Assembly (NCBI GenBank): GCA_965649265.1
Contig: CBFGKC010000009.1
Location: 32,001 to 96,000 of the forward strand
DNA length: 64,000 nt
From: a candidate division WOR-3 bacterium
Lineage (GTDB): Bacteria; Hydrothermota; Tepidihabitantia; B3-TA06
Direction of reading: 5' to 3'
Shown here piece by piece: positions 28,743-38,162 of this stretch. The notes beneath the pieces are model-generated. The model saw nothing but the letters and a program-made list of their open reading frames with translations, searched no databases and was not told the origin of the DNA. Position 1 is the first letter of the stretch. Each line of letters starts with the position of its first letter. The position numbers were made by a program, and so were the translations under genes.

Positions 28743-28907
28743 GTCTCGGCGAGCGTAATGAAACTTCTCGTACCCTTAAAGAGATGGGCCTGAGTGTGGA
28801 TTAAGGCTTTATTCCCGAAAGCGGTTTCCACCCCAGAGGATAACTCACCGGTGCTCAGCGCATGAAACATGAGCCGTGATCCATACCTTCAACATGCCTG
28901 CGAGCTT
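28743..28907 (-). ncRNA. ssrS: Probable 6S RNA
   Basis: About 165-nt intergenic segment that folds by eye on the minus strand into a long irregular hairpin with a central bubble. Contains GGUGAG...AAGCCUUAA, CCCAUCU and AAGGGUACGAG, resembling E. coli 6S (GGUGAG...AAGCCUUAA...AAGGGUUCAAG). G-U pairing favours the minus strand. Confidence 0.72.
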
Positions 28908-28975
28908 ATCTTTTTTTGTTGCGACTCTCGAGCTGCATTACATTGACAGCGTTTGCGGCGAACGTATCATCTGCA

Positions 28976-29983
28976 ATGTTTAAAACTGTACGGCCCTTCA
29001 TCTTTTTAACGCTGCTTGCGGCTTGTTCAAGCGAAAAGTATCTCGAAGAAACCCGATTCCCGATGAGTACCTATTTCAAGATCAAGATATGGGGCTCTTC
29101 TGATGAGATGTTGAACAAGGCAATGGATGAGGCATTCAGGGAGGTGGATAGAATTGACAGTCTCACAAGCGCCTTCAGCCCCTCCAGCGCGGTATGGGTT
29201 TTGAATACGAAGGGGGAGGTGGTCTCGGCCGATCTTGCAGAACTCGCGACCAGGGCGCTTGAAATAAGCAGGGAAAGCGGTGGCTCTTTCGATCCGACGG
29301 TGCTCGGGCTGATGAATCTTTGGGGATTCAGGGACTCCACTCATTCCAGCTACAGGGTTCCATCAAAAGAAGAGATAGATTCAGCACTTAGTTACGTTGA
29401 TTACAGAAAGATCGCGGTATCCGGCGATACGGTAAGCCTGAGGCCGGTCGGCGAAGAAGCTTTGAGGATTAATAGAGGTTCCAAAGGGCTCCTCTGGGGC
29501 GTCGATCTCTCGGCGATTGCCGAAGGCTATGCGGTGGACAGGGTAATCAGGATACTCAAGGAAAATGGAGTATCAAGAGGCATTGTGGACGCAGGAGGCG
29601 ATATAGGCTGTTTCGGCGAGCGAAAGGGCGGATGGAGCATAGGGATAAGAAATCCCAGAGGTGAAGGACTGCTTGCCATCGTTCATGTTAAAGAGGGAGG
29701 CATAGGAACGTCTGGGGATTATGAGAACTTCTTCGAAAAGGACGGCCAAAGGTATCATCATCTGATGAACCCGGCAACGGGTTACCCCGCACGAGGAGCG
29801 GTATCGGCGACCATAATTGCACCTACCGCGACCGAGGCCGATGCATGGGCAAAGCCTTTATTCGTAATGGGTGAGAAGGGAATCTCATTCCTTGATTCGA
29901 TGGGTAGAATTCAAGGCATGCTGGTGATGAATGACGGTCGAATATTGACCACTAAAGGATTCCCGAAACTGGAAAAACCGTGA
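28976..29983 (+). CDS. apbE: FAD:protein FMN transferase (lipoprotein)
   Basis: LAAC lipobox, MST, FDPTV..LWGF, DLSAIAEGYAVD, DAGGD, TSGDYE, RYHHLMNPATG, ADAWA. Confidence 0.93.
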   Translation: MFKTVRPFIFLTLLAACSSEKYLEETRFPMSTYFKIKIWGSSDEMLNKAMDEAFREVDRIDSLTSAFSPSSAVWVLNTKGEVVSADLAELATRALEISRESGGSFDPTVLGLMNLWGFRDSTHSSYRVPSKEEIDSALSYVDYRKIAVSGDTVSLRPVGEEALRINRGSKGLLWGVDLSAIAEGYAVDRVIRILKENGVSRGIVDAGGDIGCFGERKGGWSIGIRNPRGEGLLAIVHVKEGGIGTSGDYENFFEKDGQRYHHLMNPATGYPARGAVSATIIAPTATEADAWAKPLFVMGEKGISFLDSMGRIQGMLVMNDGRILTTKGFPKLEKP

Positions 29984-30963
29984 AGGAAGCGCTCTATTAC
30001 GAAAAGCTGGAAGGCCAAAGAGTTCGCTGCAAGCTGTGCTTTCACGAATGCATACTTGCCCAGGGAGATGAAGGTTTCTGCCTCGCGAGACGAAATGAAG
30101 CAGGCGTCCTTGTGGCAGAGACCTACGGTGAACTCGTGGCCGCGCATCTTGATCCAATCGAAAAGAAGCCGCTTTATCATTTTCACCCCGGGGAGGAGAT
30201 ACTGTCGGTGGCCGCTTCGGGCTGCAATCTTGCCTGTCCCTTCTGTCAGAACGTTGAGATATCAAGAAAGCACACCGCATCCGAATTCGCGTCTCCGGCA
30301 AAGCTTGTGGAGACTGCAATGCGCAGCCGTTCAAAGGGCATTGCCTACACCTACACCGAGCCGCTTGTGTGGTTCGAATACGTGCTTGATACCTCAAAAG
30401 CGGCGCACAAGAAAGGCCTGTACAACGTTATTGTCTCTAACGGAACAATAAACGAGGAGCCTTTAGCCGGGCTTATCCCCCATCTCGATGCCGCAAACAT
30501 AGATCTCAAGGGCGACAGGGAGTTTTACCGCAAGGTTCTCAAAGGCGACAGGGATTCAACCATAAGGACGATAAGGATGCTCCACCAGGCGGGCGTCCAT
30601 GTCGAGGTGACGCTATTGCTGATTCCGGGCGGGAATGATTCCGAAGAGCAGGCCGAGGAGGAAATTTCCTTCATTGCGTCGGTGGACTGCAGAATCCCTT
30701 TCCACATTTCCAGATACTTCCCTCACAACGCTTACCCCTCTCCCCCTACGCCTGTGGAAACCATGGAAAGAGTATACTACAAAGCCAAGGAACGACTCAC
30801 CTATGTTTATCTCGGCAACGTTATGCTCGAACGCGGAAACGACACCTGCTGCCCTCACTGCCAGGCAGTGCTCGTGGAACGAGCCGGATATCGAATCAAG
30901 ACAACAGGGATAAAAGATTCGCGCTGCATCTCATGCGGCAGAAAAGTCGATTTCGTGCTGTGA
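29980..30963 (+). CDS. amrS: AmmeMemoRadiSam system radical SAM enzyme
   Basis: CKLCFHEC, DPIEKKPLYHFHPG, GCNLACPFCQN, YTYTEP, ANIDLK, YVYLGN, CPHC. Confidence 0.92.
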   Translation: MKEALYYEKLEGQRVRCKLCFHECILAQGDEGFCLARRNEAGVLVAETYGELVAAHLDPIEKKPLYHFHPGEEILSVAASGCNLACPFCQNVEISRKHTASEFASPAKLVETAMRSRSKGIAYTYTEPLVWFEYVLDTSKAAHKKGLYNVIVSNGTINEEPLAGLIPHLDAANIDLKGDREFYRKVLKGDRDSTIRTIRMLHQAGVHVEVTLLLIPGGNDSEEQAEEEISFIASVDCRIPFHISRYFPHNAYPSPPTPVETMERVYYKAKERLTYVYLGNVMLERGNDTCCPHCQAVLVERAGYRIKTTGIKDSRCISCGRKVDFVL

Positions 30964-31328
30964 ATCGCATTTTTAAGAGAGCCGACGTGATTCTAGCCGT
31001 CGTCATCGTTATGGCAGCAGGCGCAGTGTGGCTCACGACAAGCCTCCTCAACCACAAAGGTGAAGCCAGAACGATAAAGATCAGCTCTGCAAAAGATGAC
31101 TTCGAGATTCCGCTCTCGGATACCCTTCTTGAGATTCCTGGGGTGTTAGGACAAACCTCGATAAGGATCAAGGACGGCCAGGTATGGGTGGAGAAGGCCT
31201 CATGCCCTAATAAGGTGTGCGTGAGACAGGGAAAAATCTCAAAGCCGGGCGAGACGATAGTGTGTCTTCCGAACAGGGTAGTAATCACGATTGAAGGAGC
31301 GAAGAAAACCGATGCGGTCACGTACTGA
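30960..31328 (+). CDS. NusG domain II-containing protein (EetA-like)
   Basis: N-terminal TM helix, ASCPNKVCVRQGKISKPGETIVCLPNRVVI. Confidence 0.9.
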   Translation: MNRIFKRADVILAVVIVMAAGAVWLTTSLLNHKGEARTIKISSAKDDFEIPLSDTLLEIPGVLGQTSIRIKDGQVWVEKASCPNKVCVRQGKISKPGETIVCLPNRVVITIEGAKKTDAVTY

Positions 31329-31377
31329 GAAATGTGAAGGAAGAATGAATCCGGAAAGCGAAGATTGAGGACTGCAG

Positions 31378-32151
31378 TTGAACAAGAAGACACTTAAAGG
31401 GAAAAAAAGACGATACGTCACGAATTCGGAACAAAAAGTGGAAGAGACGGATGGAAGTGTTGCGGGTGTTGCGGGTGTTATTTCCTCTGATCTAAAGCTG
31501 CTGATGGAAATGACCTGTGGGATGAGGACTCATCCCAGGGGTCAGACCCTGCCCCGAAGGGGTATGGGTGTTACGGGGGGTGGAGGTGTTACGGGTGTTA
31601 CGGGTACGGGTGTTACGGGTACGGGTGTTACGGGTACGGGAGGCTTAACGCCGAGACAGAGAAACCTGGCGCTTCTGGCCGGTCTTTCTGTCGCGCTTTA
31701 CACTTTAGAGAATCTCATACCGCTACCGATTCCCTGGCTGAGGATAGGAATAGGCAACGTCGGCGTGCTGATGGCGCTTTATATGCTCGGTCCGCTGGAC
31801 GGCTTTTTCGTGTTATTGATCAAGATAGTGGTGGGTTCGCTTCTTTCGGGTAGATTTCTGGGGCCGTTCTTTATTTTCGCGCTCGGCGCTGGAATACCCT
31901 CGTACTGGATCATGGCGGGTGTTAAAAAACTTTTCGGACGCGTGTTCGGGCCTGTAGGCGTAAGTGTTGCAGGTGCATTGTTTCACAACATCTTCCAGCT
32001 CGGCATCGCGTACTTGATGGTCCTGCAGAGCGTTAAGATATTCTACATCGCACCCATTCTCGTGATAATTGGAACCGCGGCCGGTTTTCTTATAGGAGTG
32101 CTCGTTCAAGCCATCCTCAAGAATCTCGAAAGCGAAGTGCCACTGCGTTGA
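31378..32151 (+). CDS. Gx transporter family protein (heptaprenyl-PP synthase component I-like, EetB-like) with repeat-derived N-terminal extension
   Basis: ENLIPLPIPWLRIGIGN, GPVGVSVAGALFHNIFQL. Start uncertain (31378, 31504 or 31564). Confidence 0.85.
   Translation: MNKKTLKGKKRRYVTNSEQKVEETDGSVAGVAGVISSDLKLLMEMTCGMRTHPRGQTLPRRGMGVTGGGGVTGVTGTGVTGTGVTGTGGLTPRQRNLALLAGLSVALYTLENLIPLPIPWLRIGIGNVGVLMALYMLGPLDGFFVLLIKIVVGSLLSGRFLGPFFIFALGAGIPSYWIMAGVKKLFGRVFGPVGVSVAGALFHNIFQLGIAYLMVLQSVKIFYIAPILVIIGTAAGFLIGVLVQAILKNLESEVPLR
31457..31640. repeat. Composite G-rich repeat element (GGGTGTTRCGGG units flanking a roughly 110-bp cassette)
   Basis: Cassette about 80% identical by eye to 41158..41270, including GGGTCAGACCCTGCCCCGAAGGGGTA, followed by GGGTGTTAC/GGGTAC tandems. 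Confidence 0.9.
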
Positions 32152-32182
32152 CTCTTTTGCTTCATTGAGTAGGATAGCATTG

Positions 32183-32485
32183 ATGAAAGAAGAAAAAGAA
32201 CGAAGCTCTAAAAAGGCAAGGGTTATGGGTGTAATATGGGGTGCAATACTTGGTATACTTCTCGGCACGGCCGTATCATCGGCGCTCACGCCGCTCTTAA
32301 AAAAAGGTGTGCTGAAAACCCTTCTCGTGGAAGGTATGTCTGTTGGAATTCCCAGAATCGAAACAACGCTGGGTTTTTTTAGTTTTTCGTTAGGATTTAC
32401 GCTGCGCTTTACACTTCTTTCAGGCTTTTTCATGCTCTTACTCGGCGGACTGATGCTTTTGCTGCCTTTCAAAAAAGATACTTGA
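32183..32485 (+). CDS. Small membrane protein (DUF4321-like)
   Basis: Hydrophobic GAILGILLG helix and LGFFSFSLGFTLRFTL pattern; start uncertain. Confidence 0.6.
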   Translation: MKEEKERSSKKARVMGVIWGAILGILLGTAVSSALTPLLKKGVLKTLLVEGMSVGIPRIETTLGFFSFSLGFTLRFTLLSGFFMLLLGGLMLLLPFKKDT

Positions 32486-32626
32486 TTCGTTTTTTTCATG
32501 AGATGATTTTCTTAAAGTCTCTTAGGTAACCTGAAACAAAACGTTATGCGATTGCGTCTATATTAGATACTATACGACATTGGAGGGTGTTAACAACTAA
32601 TCTTCATTAATCACGAAAGGTTCTAG

Positions 32627-33241
32627 ATGTTAAGTTACACAGAAGTGCTACATCCGACTGATTCAAGGGTAAAGAAAATCCTGGATGCAGGAGAAAAACA
32701 CTTCCTTGATCACGGACTTCACAAATCCCACATCGCAAGCATATGCGATGAAGCGGGTATTTCCAAGCCCACTTTTTACAAGTATTTTGACAAGAAGGAG
32801 ACCCTTTTCTTCGCGGTAATGATTCATCTTCAACGGAAATTTTACGAGGAATACGCTTTAAAAAGTGCCGGGCTTGAAAGTGCGGGAGACAGGCTTAAGC
32901 TGTATCTTGAGCTTTACGAAGAGTACTTTCACACAAACAAATTACTTACAAAGACCTCGCCGTACAATAAGGATCTTAAAAGCAGCTGGTCGGCCAATCC
33001 GCTAAGTTCCGAGTTTTTTTTATATTCGGTTGACTTCATTGAATCAATCATAAAGGACGCAATCGCCTCGGGTGAATTCCGGATTGCTGATGCAAGAAAA
33101 ACGGCATACGTCATTGCATTGATTTCCTCGGTTTTTTTCGTTTTCGAGCCCAAGGGTCAGAATTACAGAGAAACGAATCACAGCTATGCCGCGTTTATCA
33201 GCGATCTTCTACTTAACGGCGTAAAGAAAACCTCCGGTTAA
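32627..33241 (+). CDS. TetR/AcrR family transcriptional regulator
   Basis: ILDAG..F..HG..SHIASICDEAGISKPTFYKYFDKKETLF. Confidence 0.93.
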   Translation: MLSYTEVLHPTDSRVKKILDAGEKHFLDHGLHKSHIASICDEAGISKPTFYKYFDKKETLFFAVMIHLQRKFYEEYALKSAGLESAGDRLKLYLELYEEYFHTNKLLTKTSPYNKDLKSSWSANPLSSEFFLYSVDFIESIIKDAIASGEFRIADARKTAYVIALISSVFFVFEPKGQNYRETNHSYAAFISDLLLNGVKKTSG

Positions 33242-33246
33242 TCCCG

Positions 33247-33864
33247 ATGCTCACTTTTAACGAACTCTACGACCCCACCGACACCAGGGTCATCAAGATT
33301 CTCGATTCGGCCGTGAAGCATTTCATGAAAGAAGGCTTTCGCAAAGCATCTATAGATGCCATATGCAAGGACGCTGATATCTCTAAGCCGACGTTTTACA
33401 GGTACTTTGATTCGAAGGAGACCCTTTTTTTCGGGGTAAGAATCTATGTCATGCGTTCTTTTGACGAGGCTTACGAGAAGGCGTTCAAAAAATGTAAATC
33501 CGCATCCCAGAAACTTCTTCTTTATTTCAGGATGCTTGAAGAGTATGCATCATCGGATAAGTCTTTTGTTGAAACCTTCGATTACAACAGAGAACTGCGA
33601 AACCACTGGAAGGTGCATCCTGTAAGTGCCGACTCCCGCCGGCAGCGCAGGGAGTTCATAGAACAGATAGTCAAGGAGGGTATAGAGAAGGGCGAATTTC
33701 GCACGGGTGATTCCAGGGCCATCGCCCACAAGGTTATTTTGATGACCGCTCTCCTCGGGATACTCAGACGCGACCGGCCGCAGTTCCTCGAAAAGAACCA
33801 GTCGGTAGCCGATCTTGTGTTCGACCTGCTGATGAACGGGATAAGAAGTAACTTGCTGCCCTGA
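33247..33864 (+). CDS. TetR/AcrR family transcriptional regulator (paralog)
   Basis: ILDSA..F..EGF..ASIDAICKDADISKPTFYRYFDSKETLF. Confidence 0.93.
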   Translation: MLTFNELYDPTDTRVIKILDSAVKHFMKEGFRKASIDAICKDADISKPTFYRYFDSKETLFFGVRIYVMRSFDEAYEKAFKKCKSASQKLLLYFRMLEEYASSDKSFVETFDYNRELRNHWKVHPVSADSRRQRREFIEQIVKEGIEKGEFRTGDSRAIAHKVILMTALLGILRRDRPQFLEKNQSVADLVFDLLMNGIRSNLLP

Positions 33865-34023
33865 TCACCTCCTTTACGATAGTCATCATACTTGCGTGAG
33901 AGGATGATGTAAAAAGAACATCGTGAAGTCCTGGGTTATTGACTAGAAAGGACCCTTCGTCTATTCAACCTTATTGCTCTGGATTATCCCCCTCCCCTGC
34001 GAGAAAAGGAACGGAAAAAAGTG

Positions 34024-34049
34024 AATGGGCCGGCATAAGCCGGCCCGTT
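34024..34049. terminator. Bidirectional terminator-like hairpin between convergent genes
   Basis: AATGGGCCGGC-ataa-GCCGGCCCGTT flanked by A tracts. Confidence 0.7.
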
Positions 34050-34072
34050 GAATTAAAAAGCTTCCCTGAGGA

Positions 34073-35404
34073 TTATCTCTTGAATACCTCTTTTAAGGCG
34101 TCCTCAAAAATGTTAACGGCTTCGTCAACGTCTTCCTTTGTTACAATAAGAGGTGGAATGAAGCGAATGCCCGAAGCGCCGCATCCAAGAACGATGAGAC
34201 CGCGCATAAAGCACTGGCGCTCGACTGCCAGGCGCTTCTCGGGAAGAATCTTGCGGGTCTCCTTGGACTCGACTATTTCGACGGCAAGCATGAGGCCGCG
34301 CCCGCGCGCGTGATCGAGATTGTCCCAGCGCTCGACAAGCTCTTCGAGTTTGGACAAGAAGTAGGCTCCCACTTCTTTCGCATTGTCGACCAGACCGTTT
34401 TCGAGAAGATCGATTGTCGCCAGCGCCGCGCTGCAGGATATCGGGTTGCCGCCGAAGGTTGAGGCGTGCGAGCCCGGTTTCCAGTCCATGAGAGACGAAG
34501 GGGCCACGGTAACGCCCAGGGGCATGCCGGATGCGATTCCTTTAGCGATTATGACGATATCGGGAAGAACACCTTCGTGCTCAATGGCAAACATCTTGCC
34601 GGTGCGACCCATACCGGCCTGTATCTCGTCGTCGGCGAAAAATATGCCGTATTTCTCCAGCATTTCTTTAAGGGCTTTCATGTAACCCTTTGGAGGTACA
34701 TTATAGCCGCCCTCGCCCTGGATAGGCTCAACAAACAACGCCGCAACCTCTTCGGGAGGAACCTCGCGCTTGAAAATCACGTCCTCGATGTAACGAAGAC
34801 ACCACAGATTGCACTTCGGATAGGTTTCGTTGAACACGCACCTGTAGCAATCAGGATAAGGTACGTGAACGACGTGCGGAATAAGCGGGGCGAAACGCTC
34901 ACGCTGCACGAACTTGGACGCGGTAAGCGAGAGTGCGCCCAAAGTGCGTCCGTGGAACGCTCCGTAATAAGCCATCCAGTAAGGACGCTGGGATTTGTAA
35001 CGCGCGAGCTTCATTGCCGCTTCGACGGCTTCGGCGCCCGAATTCGAGAAAAATACACGCTTGTTTCCAGCACCGGGCGTTATAACGGACATCTTTTCCG
35101 CCAGATCGACCTGGGAGGGATAGTAAAAATCGGTTCCTGACATGTGAATCAGCTTCGAGGCCTGTTCGGTAATGGCCTTTACAACCTTTGGATGGGCATG
35201 GCCGGTTGAGCACACTGCTATACCGGCGGCAAAATCAAGAAAACAATTTCCATCCACATCCCAGAGATTCACACCCTTGCCGTGCGAGGCGGCAATTGAA
35301 TAAAGTCCATCTCGTGTATAAGAAGGGGAGATAAATTTTTCTTCCTTTTTTACTAGGGCCTTGAAATTCGGTCCTGGAAGATTCTTAATTTCTGGTTTCG
35401 GCAT
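34073..35404 (-). CDS. Class III PLP aminotransferase (acetylornithine/GABA aminotransferase family)
   Basis: DVDGNCFLDF, NSGAEAVE, AFHGRT, EPIQGEGG, DEIQAGMGRTG, AKGIASG, STFGGNP. Confidence 0.93.
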   Translation of the reverse strand: MPKPEIKNLPGPNFKALVKKEEKFISPSYTRDGLYSIAASHGKGVNLWDVDGNCFLDFAAGIAVCSTGHAHPKVVKAITEQASKLIHMSGTDFYYPSQVDLAEKMSVITPGAGNKRVFFSNSGAEAVEAAMKLARYKSQRPYWMAYYGAFHGRTLGALSLTASKFVQRERFAPLIPHVVHVPYPDCYRCVFNETYPKCNLWCLRYIEDVIFKREVPPEEVAALFVEPIQGEGGYNVPPKGYMKALKEMLEKYGIFFADDEIQAGMGRTGKMFAIEHEGVLPDIVIIAKGIASGMPLGVTVAPSSLMDWKPGSHASTFGGNPISCSAALATIDLLENGLVDNAKEVGAYFLSKLEELVERWDNLDHARGRGLMLAVEIVESKETRKILPEKRLAVERQCFMRGLIVLGCGASGIRFIPPLIVTKEDVDEAVNIFEDALKEVFKR

Positions 35405-35454
35405 ATGTCCTCCAGAATTAGGGTTCAGAAATTATAAGTTATTCGATTAGGTAT

Positions 35455-35534
35455 ATTATACATAATAATCTCTTGAGAGTCAACCCCGATTAATGGGGCA
35501 CTCTACTTGACATAATCTTATATTTCGCTATACT
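35455..35534. promoter_or_regulatory. Divergent sigma70-like promoters
   Basis: Minus strand TTGACT-17-TATAAT (35483..35455); plus strand TTGACA-16-TATACT (35507..35534). Confidence 0.75.
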
Positions 35535-35640
35535 AGTATGTAGTTAGTCTGAGGAGGCTTTGAATTAAAGGTATAGGTACGTCTAGGAGAGCGCATACTA
35601 CCTGTGGACTGGCGGGCTAAAGATTTACCAGGAGGTTTTA

Positions 35641-35763
35641 TTGCGCTTAATTTTTTCCAATTTCAATGATAAGGTGGGAGATGAGGGGATGGTCTATAGG
35701 CAAAGGGTAAGCATGGATCGGATAGTGCAAAAAAATGCTTTAAAGACAATATTAGTTAAATAA
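35641..35763 (+). CDS. Candidate 40-aa small ORF in the leader of the FG-GAP operon
   Basis: AGGAGG 5 nt before TTG; MRLIFSNFNDKVGDEGMVYRQRVSMDRIVQKNALKTILVK*. Confidence 0.35.
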   Translation: MRLIFSNFNDKVGDEGMVYRQRVSMDRIVQKNALKTILVK

Positions 35764-35815
35764 AAACCAAGGAGTGTCTCCTGACCGGGGAGATTACTCA
35801 GAAAAAGGAGCCAAG

Positions 35816-38074
35816 ATGCCAGCTTTCTTGTTTTTCTTGCTATTCGGAGCAGTCGAATGGAAAGAGACCACCTTTGAGGATTTCAGAGATGGTTCGACTG
35901 ATCCTATGATGTACGTGTCGCACAGGCAACAGTTCGAGATAGAACCAGGATGTATTGAGTTCTACGCTCGCTGGGACGGCGACAACAACGGCTACTATGA
36001 TTTGTTCGTTGCGGGCCGTGGCACGTACGGTCAAAAACTATTCATGGGGCAACCCGGAGCTACGTACAACATTGGCAACACCATCACATATCTGGACTGC
36101 CAGCCGTACTCCGGTGACGCTTCCGGCGGAATAGACATGGCCGACCTGAATATGGACGGCTACCCTGAAGCCATTCACTCAGGCGGATGGTACTCTCCCG
36201 CGGCATATCTTTACTGGGGATCTGCTGCCGGCCCCATGTCGGGCACGCCTACGCAGCTCCCCATGCGTACAAATTATGGAAACTGTCACGAAACCGTCTT
36301 CGTGTACGATGTGGATAAAGATGGTTATCTTGACATCACCATTTGCGGCGGCACCGGCACTCCAAGCCAGAACTATACCCGTATTTTCTGGGGCGACCCG
36401 AGTTTCACTTACACGACATATACCGAACTTCCCAGCGGAATAGGCTGCCAGCACAACCTTGAAATGGCCGACCTGGATCATGACGGCTGGGTAGAGACCG
36501 TTATCCCCAATTACGGTACAAACAACGCTTCCATAGTAAACTGGGGCGAAGGCCGCACTTATACCATTCAAACACTCAGCCTTTCACCACTCGGCGGCAT
36601 CAGCCATCACGGCTTGACGCTTGCGGACTTCAACAGGGATAACTGGCTCGACATAGTATTCACAGGCTATTCAGACATCAACAAGGCCTTGATTTACTGG
36701 GGCGACGAAAACGGCTATACTGTCACCAATACGACCCTCCTGAATACAGGCACCTGCTACGGCGGCAGCTCGTCCATGGATATTGACGACGACGGCGACC
36801 TTGATATTATGTTTCACAGAAACGGCGGCTCGTCTACGTATCCCAAAGTTTATCTTAACCTTGGCGAACCTCCATACTTCAAGGATTCGAGCCACCCCGA
36901 CACTTGCCGTAATCTGGGCAATATTCCCGTAAACGGCACAGGCGGCTTTACCGCCGATTTCAACTATGACGGCTATCTGGATATCTTTCTTAATGCCCAC
37001 CAATCCGGAACACCGTTTTCTGGTCAATCACCCATACTGTGGGGACCTAACTATACCACGGCAACCTTCCTGCCTCACGATGGATACGATCACCATGGCG
37101 TTTTCCGCGAAGCCGGCAATGTGTACGACCGCAGTTTTTCCGCCTGGTACTACTCTTCGGTGTTTGACTGCGGCGAGTTCTACAACAGGCCCAAGGACGG
37201 AAAGCTTTCCTATATAGGTTTTGAACCCCAGGCTTCGAGAATAAGCTTCAGCACGCGCTCCGGACCGGATTCAATCCCCGACGCGTACTGGACCAATTGG
37301 TATGCGGTTGAAAACGGCTATGCCGATCCTCGTTCGCTGACATGGCGCTACGTGCAATACCGAGCTGAGTTTAATTACGTAAGGCCCTCATGGCTGCCCT
37401 GGCTTGAAGAGGTAGACTGGTCATTCAGGGTTCTCGATTTCGGATTCAGGTTCTGGCCGGATAGCATAACCTCGACCACCGCAAACAACTATGCCGATTA
37501 CAAGTGCAAGCTGTGGTACATGGGTGACGCGAGAGATTCTTTCCACCTGAACGTAAGAGAAGAAGTCATGCAACCCGGCTGGCGTGTTGAATTCTGGGAT
37601 ACCCTTTACCATGACACCATCCCACACTTCATTAAGCTTGATGAAAACATGCAATCCGGAGATGATACAGCCTTCATCGCACGCGTCTATGCGCCTGCAG
37701 ACGCCTCTGTCGGCGACTCAAACTGGACGGTTGTGTGGACCAGGACATGGTTCTGTTCGAAGGTCATGAAAGACTCTGTGGTTCTGGTCACGCAAGTGAA
37801 AGCCCCCGGCGTTCTTGAAACCCACGTCATCAGATCCGTGCTTCTTGATGCTTCGACGATCGCAAGCAGGGGTGTCGTGAATTATCTGATTCCCTCAGGT
37901 GAGAATGCGCAGCTCTTCGTATTCGACGCCGCGGGCCGGAGGCTTTACGAGACCCGGGTCCAGGGCTCGGGTTCGATAGAGTGGTCCACCCCCTCCACCC
38001 CTGCCGGTCTCTATTTTGTAAGAATGGTAAGTTCACAAGGCGAGATTGTCAGGAAGGTCGTATTAACCAAATAA
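35816..38074 (+). CDS. Secreted FG-GAP/VCBS repeat protein with T9SS-type C-terminal domain
   Basis: Repeated D-L/F-N/D-x-D-G-Y/W-x-D motifs; C-terminus VFDAAGR...AGLYFVRM...RKVVLTK. Confidence 0.88.
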   Translation: MPAFLFFLLFGAVEWKETTFEDFRDGSTDPMMYVSHRQQFEIEPGCIEFYARWDGDNNGYYDLFVAGRGTYGQKLFMGQPGATYNIGNTITYLDCQPYSGDASGGIDMADLNMDGYPEAIHSGGWYSPAAYLYWGSAAGPMSGTPTQLPMRTNYGNCHETVFVYDVDKDGYLDITICGGTGTPSQNYTRIFWGDPSFTYTTYTELPSGIGCQHNLEMADLDHDGWVETVIPNYGTNNASIVNWGEGRTYTIQTLSLSPLGGISHHGLTLADFNRDNWLDIVFTGYSDINKALIYWGDENGYTVTNTTLLNTGTCYGGSSSMDIDDDGDLDIMFHRNGGSSTYPKVYLNLGEPPYFKDSSHPDTCRNLGNIPVNGTGGFTADFNYDGYLDIFLNAHQSGTPFSGQSPILWGPNYTTATFLPHDGYDHHGVFREAGNVYDRSFSAWYYSSVFDCGEFYNRPKDGKLSYIGFEPQASRISFSTRSGPDSIPDAYWTNWYAVENGYADPRSLTWRYVQYRAEFNYVRPSWLPWLEEVDWSFRVLDFGFRFWPDSITSTTANNYADYKCKLWYMGDARDSFHLNVREEVMQPGWRVEFWDTLYHDTIPHFIKLDENMQSGDDTAFIARVYAPADASVGDSNWTVVWTRTWFCSKVMKDSVVLVTQVKAPGVLETHVIRSVLLDASTIASRGVVNYLIPSGENAQLFVFDAAGRRLYETRVQGSGSIEWSTPSTPAGLYFVRMVSSQGEIVRKVVLTK

Positions 38075-38108
38075 CAAACCTTTTTGATCTCGTAAAATTT
38101 TTAAATCC

Positions 38109-38145
38109 CTTAATGTTGCTCCGGTTCGACCGGAGCAACATTAAG
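38109..38145. other. Perfect intercistronic hairpin without a U tail (RNA stability or processing element?)
   Basis: CTTAATGTTGCTCCGG-ttcga-CCGGAGCAACATTAAG. Confidence 0.7.
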
Positions 38146-38162
38146 AAATTACAGGAGAATGT

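Noticed and set aside
28381-28870. ORFs 28381..28737 (PVTP repeats) and 28613..28870
   Set aside because: They are antisense to the lipoprotein or run through the tandem repeat and the 6S candidate; no sign of coding function.
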